Origin: Paramoeba atlantica
Lineage: Eukaryota > Protista > Discosea
Reading direction: 5' to 3'
Assembly (NCBI GenBank): GCA_977017575.1
Contig: CDRNVI010000002.1
Location: forward strand, 744,001-808,000
Length of the DNA: 64,000 nucleotides
Every line of letters starts with the position of its first letter. The first letter of the stretch is position 1. Position numbers and translations under genes: made by a program. Below are positions 60,804 through 64,000 of the stretch, in pieces. Under the pieces are notes generated by a model. The model ran no database searches, was not told the DNA's origin, and was given only the letters and a program-made list of their open reading frames with translations.

Positions 60804-62258
60804 ATGACATCTATTCCCAGACAGGATTTTCCCGGATCACAACTCCGATCGCACTCCACAGCACGAACTCTCTCATCGAGCGCACGCCCGACCCCACACA
60901 TTTCTCTTCACAAATCCTTCTCCACCCTACCCCCTTCCCGAGGCTCCACGCCCCTTCCCTTGCGGGACCCCACCCCCATACTCTCACGGAATCGACCCCC
61001 TCGCTTGTCCCTTCGCCCCGCCCACACCGTCCGCACCTCCCTCCGCGTCACCACGGCCTTCCACAACTCCTCTGAGGTCCTGTGCTACGGCGGCCCGAAC
61101 GGACTCGGCCTACTCCACACCCGCTACCTCCACCAGCACGTCACCCCATCCCCCGGAATCGCCCCCCGTGCCATTCTCCCCTACCTCCCCGACCGTGACG
61201 CCAACCGCTTCCTCCTCCTCCTCCCCCACGGTGAGGTCCTCTCCCTGGACGGTACCCCCCATGCGGAGCTCACCCCCTACACCACACTCACCCTCCCGAG
61301 TCCCGCTCCCCCCTCCTCAGTTACCCCCCCTCCTACCCACGGGAACCTCCACAGCGCCACCGTACTCACCCCCTCCCCCTCCGTCGTCGTGAGTACCACT
61401 CATGGAGGGCTGTTGCTGTGGGATGGTGAGGCCCACGCCCCTTTGCCTAATAACTCTTCCACTACTCACTCCACTACTCACTCTACCACCCCTACCCCTA
61501 ACTCTATGACGCCTCCTCCTCACTCTTCTTCTACTACGGCTACTACCTCTTCCTCTCTCCAGCCCCTTCGTCCCCCCCTCCCCGGTCTCTGTGTTACGTG
61601 TTCCCAACACGAGTCCGGCCCCTACGAGCCCTTACTGCTCCACACCCACACGCTGTCGTTGCTCTACGACCTGCGGTGTGAGAGGGTGGTGGGGCGCTTC
61701 CCCGTGGGGAGGGGGGGCTCGGGGGGGAGGACTGGCCTTCCGGCGGGTAGGACAGGCAGCTCCTTGGGTACAGCCTCGACGCTGTCACCTGGAGTGACAG
61801 TCCCTTTTGCGGGGACCTCGAGTTGTGTTGGCACACAGGTCCCTGAGATCTTGTGTGCGACCCGTGAGGTCTCGGGACGGTACCTTGCGGTAGCGAGTGG
61901 GGCGGGGCGGGTGGGGTTGTGGGATGTGCGAAAGGGAGGGGGGAGGGAGGGGGAGGGGGGAGTACGAGGGGGGGAGGTGACCTCGGTGGAGGTACCGGGT
62001 GGGGTCACGGCGATGGGTTCTGGGCTGGCGTGTGCGTCGGGGACTTTTTTTATGGGGACAGCGCAAGGGGAGGTGTGGACGTGGGGGAGTGGGAGTGGGG
62101 AGGTTGCGCGGTTGGAAAAGGGAGTGGAGTTGGGGGGTAGGGAGGATCGGTCAGCGATTACCACCGTTGTGGTGCCCTCGATGGCGTGTGGGGGTGGGCA
62201 GCACGTGATGACGTTCTCGGAGAGTACGCAGGCGACGGTGTATGAAGTGCGAACGTAG
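60804..62258 (+). CDS. Degenerate WD40-like protein with low-complexity inserts
   Basis: SGRYLAVASGAGRVGLWDVR, SLLYDLR and FFMGTAQGEVWTW segments. Confidence 0.6.
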   Translation: MTSIPRQDFPGSQLRSHSTARTLSSSARPTPHISLHKSFSTLPPSRGSTPLPLRDPTPILSRNRPPRLSLRPAHTVRTSLRVTTAFHNSSEVLCYGGPNGLGLLHTRYLHQHVTPSPGIAPRAILPYLPDRDANRFLLLLPHGEVLSLDGTPHAELTPYTTLTLPSPAPPSSVTPPPTHGNLHSATVLTPSPSVVVSTTHGGLLLWDGEAHAPLPNNSSTTHSTTHSTTPTPNSMTPPPHSSSTTATTSSSLQPLRPPLPGLCVTCSQHESGPYEPLLLHTHTLSLLYDLRCERVVGRFPVGRGGSGGRTGLPAGRTGSSLGTASTLSPGVTVPFAGTSSCVGTQVPEILCATREVSGRYLAVASGAGRVGLWDVRKGGGREGEGGVRGGEVTSVEVPGGVTAMGSGLACASGTFFMGTAQGEVWTWGSGSGEVARLEKGVELGGREDRSAITTVVVPSMACGGGQHVMTFSESTQATVYEVRT

Positions 62259-62455
62259 TATGAGGCGGAGATAAAACCAACCCCTACAGATGGAGTTAAA
62301 AAAATATTGATAGAAAGCCGTTACAAAACATGGTTATAGGACGTACGATTTACATACGAAAAAGTGATTACTGACAGCAATAATGGTGTTTACAAGATGC
62401 ATACACTATTCAAATCTCGTGTCAGTAGAACACTTTTTTCCTTGTATACCGTAGT

Positions 62456-63100
62456 ATGACTGATGTCAATTCTTCTTTATGTTCGTTCTGTGGTGCGCAG
62501 GGCATTTTTTCATTTTGTTTGAAGTGTCCGGGGGGCGGATACTGCAGCACGGTATGTCTCACAATGCACGAAGAAAGGGTTCACTTCGTTGAAGAGGACG
62601 ACCCCGAGCTAACTGATAGTGACAGTTTTGATGAAGTTGCCTCGGAAAGTAGCACCACGTGTAAATCCGAAGCCGGCCGAATACCATTAATTTCATCAAA
62701 CGTGTCAGTGGAGTCAAGTTTGCACTCTTCAAAAGATTCTGATGATGATTCAGTAAAGGATTTATCACAACCCGAAGCAACGTGCGCGAAAATTGTCGAA
62801 GAGGGATCTTATGTAACAGAAAAGGAGGTATGTGCTACGCCAGCGCCGAAAGAGGCGGAAACAAACAGCTTGACTTCTGGCAGGGAAATTGAGGGTTTAC
62901 TGACACGTCGACAACTTCACGCTCTGGCTTCTGACTCAAGAATCCGAAATGAGGTTCGAACGCCAGAACTTCAGACTCTCTTAAAGACGATAGACTCCAG
63001 TCGCAGCCGCCTTGATGTGTTAGAAACTGCAGAATATAATATACCTGAGTTTTCAGAATTCTTGAGGCACGTTTCACAGGCAATATACATGCACCCATAG
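62456..63100 (+). CDS. HIT zinc-finger protein (ZNHIT3/Hit1-like snoRNP assembly factor)
   Basis: CSFC..CLKC..YCSTVCLTMH zf-HIT and a C-terminal LQTLLKTID..PEFSEF helix. Confidence 0.8.
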   Translation: MTDVNSSLCSFCGAQGIFSFCLKCPGGGYCSTVCLTMHEERVHFVEEDDPELTDSDSFDEVASESSTTCKSEAGRIPLISSNVSVESSLHSSKDSDDDSVKDLSQPEATCAKIVEEGSYVTEKEVCATPAPKEAETNSLTSGREIEGLLTRRQLHALASDSRIRNEVRTPELQTLLKTIDSSRSRLDVLETAEYNIPEFSEFLRHVSQAIYMHP

Positions 63101-63315
63101 TGTTACCCCAAATTCGGAATTGTTGACTTCTTAATCTTGATTTTTCTGTATATAAGCGGAACAGTACACTTACGTAAATTCTAAATTCTAATTTAAGATT
63201 CGTGAGTAATTTTTACTTTTCTCATATCGAAATTGCCACATTTGCAGGATGTTGTTTTGAAAGGACGGGTGTTATGTATATTCGTATTAATCTATGAAAA
63301 AAATACAGCAAGCAC

Positions 63316-64000
63316 ATGATCCATCCTTTTTGCTTCTCTGACAACCAAAAATCGTCGGAAAAATGCTCAGGAGCTGTTCTTCCACTGGAATATGATTTAA
63401 TGAGACTCGTACAACACGTCGAAAATCCTCATATTTCTTGGCATACCGGTACACCTGGATGTGAGTGGCGAGGCATAAACTGTAACAACAAGAATAGCGT
63501 TCTCTATATTAAGTGGTCCTTCTTGAAACTGGGAGGAAAACTAAATTTGAAATACTTACCCCCACGACTGGTGAAGTTGGATGCTTCTTCGAACAACTTG
63601 TATGGCGAGTTTTTATTTGGGGACCTGCCTCCGAGTTTAGAATACCTTATGGTACCCCACAATAAATTTTCTGGAACTCCGATGCTTCATCTTTTGCCGC
63701 CATCTTTGAAGGCAATCGAAATTAACAACAACAATTTTGGTGGTCGTATCATTTTTAGTGTACTTCCTGTATCCTTATGCGAAGTGAATGTAAGCTACAA
63801 TAAGAACTTGGAGGGAACGCTAGATATCAAATGTCATGTGAAAGATTTGTGCTATAATGTTGAAGGGACACGAATCAAAGTATGCAACGGTCCAATGAGA
63901 ACTGCGTCGGTAGTCAACCCTGTACCGGATTCCGAAGCTATGAATGCAGAAATTGAATCCATGGAGAGGGAAATGGAACGTCTAAAATGGCTACTGATCT
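63316..64000 (+). CDS. LRR family member 6, runs off the window end (absent from the ORF track)
   Basis: Translated by hand: MIHPF..VLPLEYDLMRLVQHVENPHISWHTGTPGCEWRGINC..LRRs; no stop before 64000. Confidence 0.88.
   Translation, partial: MIHPFCFSDNQKSSEKCSGAVLPLEYDLMRLVQHVENPHISWHTGTPGCEWRGINCNNKNSVLYIKWSFLKLGGKLNLKYLPPRLVKLDASSNNLYGEFLFGDLPPSLEYLMVPHNKFSGTPMLHLLPPSLKAIEINNNNFGGRIIFSVLPVSLCEVNVSYNKNLEGTLDIKCHVKDLCYNVEGTRIKVCNGPMRTASVVNPVPDSEAMNAEIESMEREMERLKWLLI

Noticed and set aside
673-62208. Many long Pro/Gly/Arg-rich overlapping ORFs (e.g. 701-1420 -, 940-1731 -, 44915-46009 -, 51190-52275 -, 20057-20554 -)
   Set aside because: Shadow frames: stop codons are depleted in the C/G-rich islands; they show no domain motifs and overlap clear + strand genes
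1-64000. CRISPR arrays, rRNA, tRNA and SL-RNA genes
   Set aside because: No regularly spaced repeat-spacer array, cloverleaf/T-loop context or SL exon recognised by eye; tRNAscan/Infernal not run

Overview
Gene-dense, apparently intronless eukaryotic (protist) DNA. All ~35 host genes I can recognise lie on the + strand, separated by short spacers, several with pyrimidine tract-AG acceptors. That layout is the polycistronic, trans-spliced organisation of kinetoplastids; the LRR family and compactness suggest a Perkinsela-like lineage (inference, not verified). Housekeeping genes include eEFSec, a Sep15-like protein, a family-A DNA polymerase, IGHMBP2, a TopBP1-like BRCT protein, SGT1, NudC, XMAP215/ch-TOG, COQ9, SCO1, V-ATPase H, presenilin, a cytochrome b5 reductase, a mitochondrial carrier, PAF-AH and a zf-HIT protein. 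Six dispersed members of one LRR family are present. Accessory tracts (4.5-12.3 kb, 27.3-29.4 kb) hold DNA transposons, all encoded on the - strand: an intact-ORF Tc1-type element with DD32E spacing, a pogo-like transposase joined by a TAATG overlap to a Ulp1-like protease, a pogo deletion derivative, and several hairpin/MITE-like ends. The top leads are: (1) a GREB1/base-J-glucosyltransferase-like GT-A domain fused to an atypical Pol theta-like polymerase; (2) recurrent 1-2 kb islands, roughly every 10 kb, where the + strand flips from C(A)-rich to G(T)-rich inside coding sequence and changes synonymous codon use, suggesting origin- or promoter-like sites; (3) the transposase-SUMO protease cassette. 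All domain calls are by-eye motif recognition; no searches were run.
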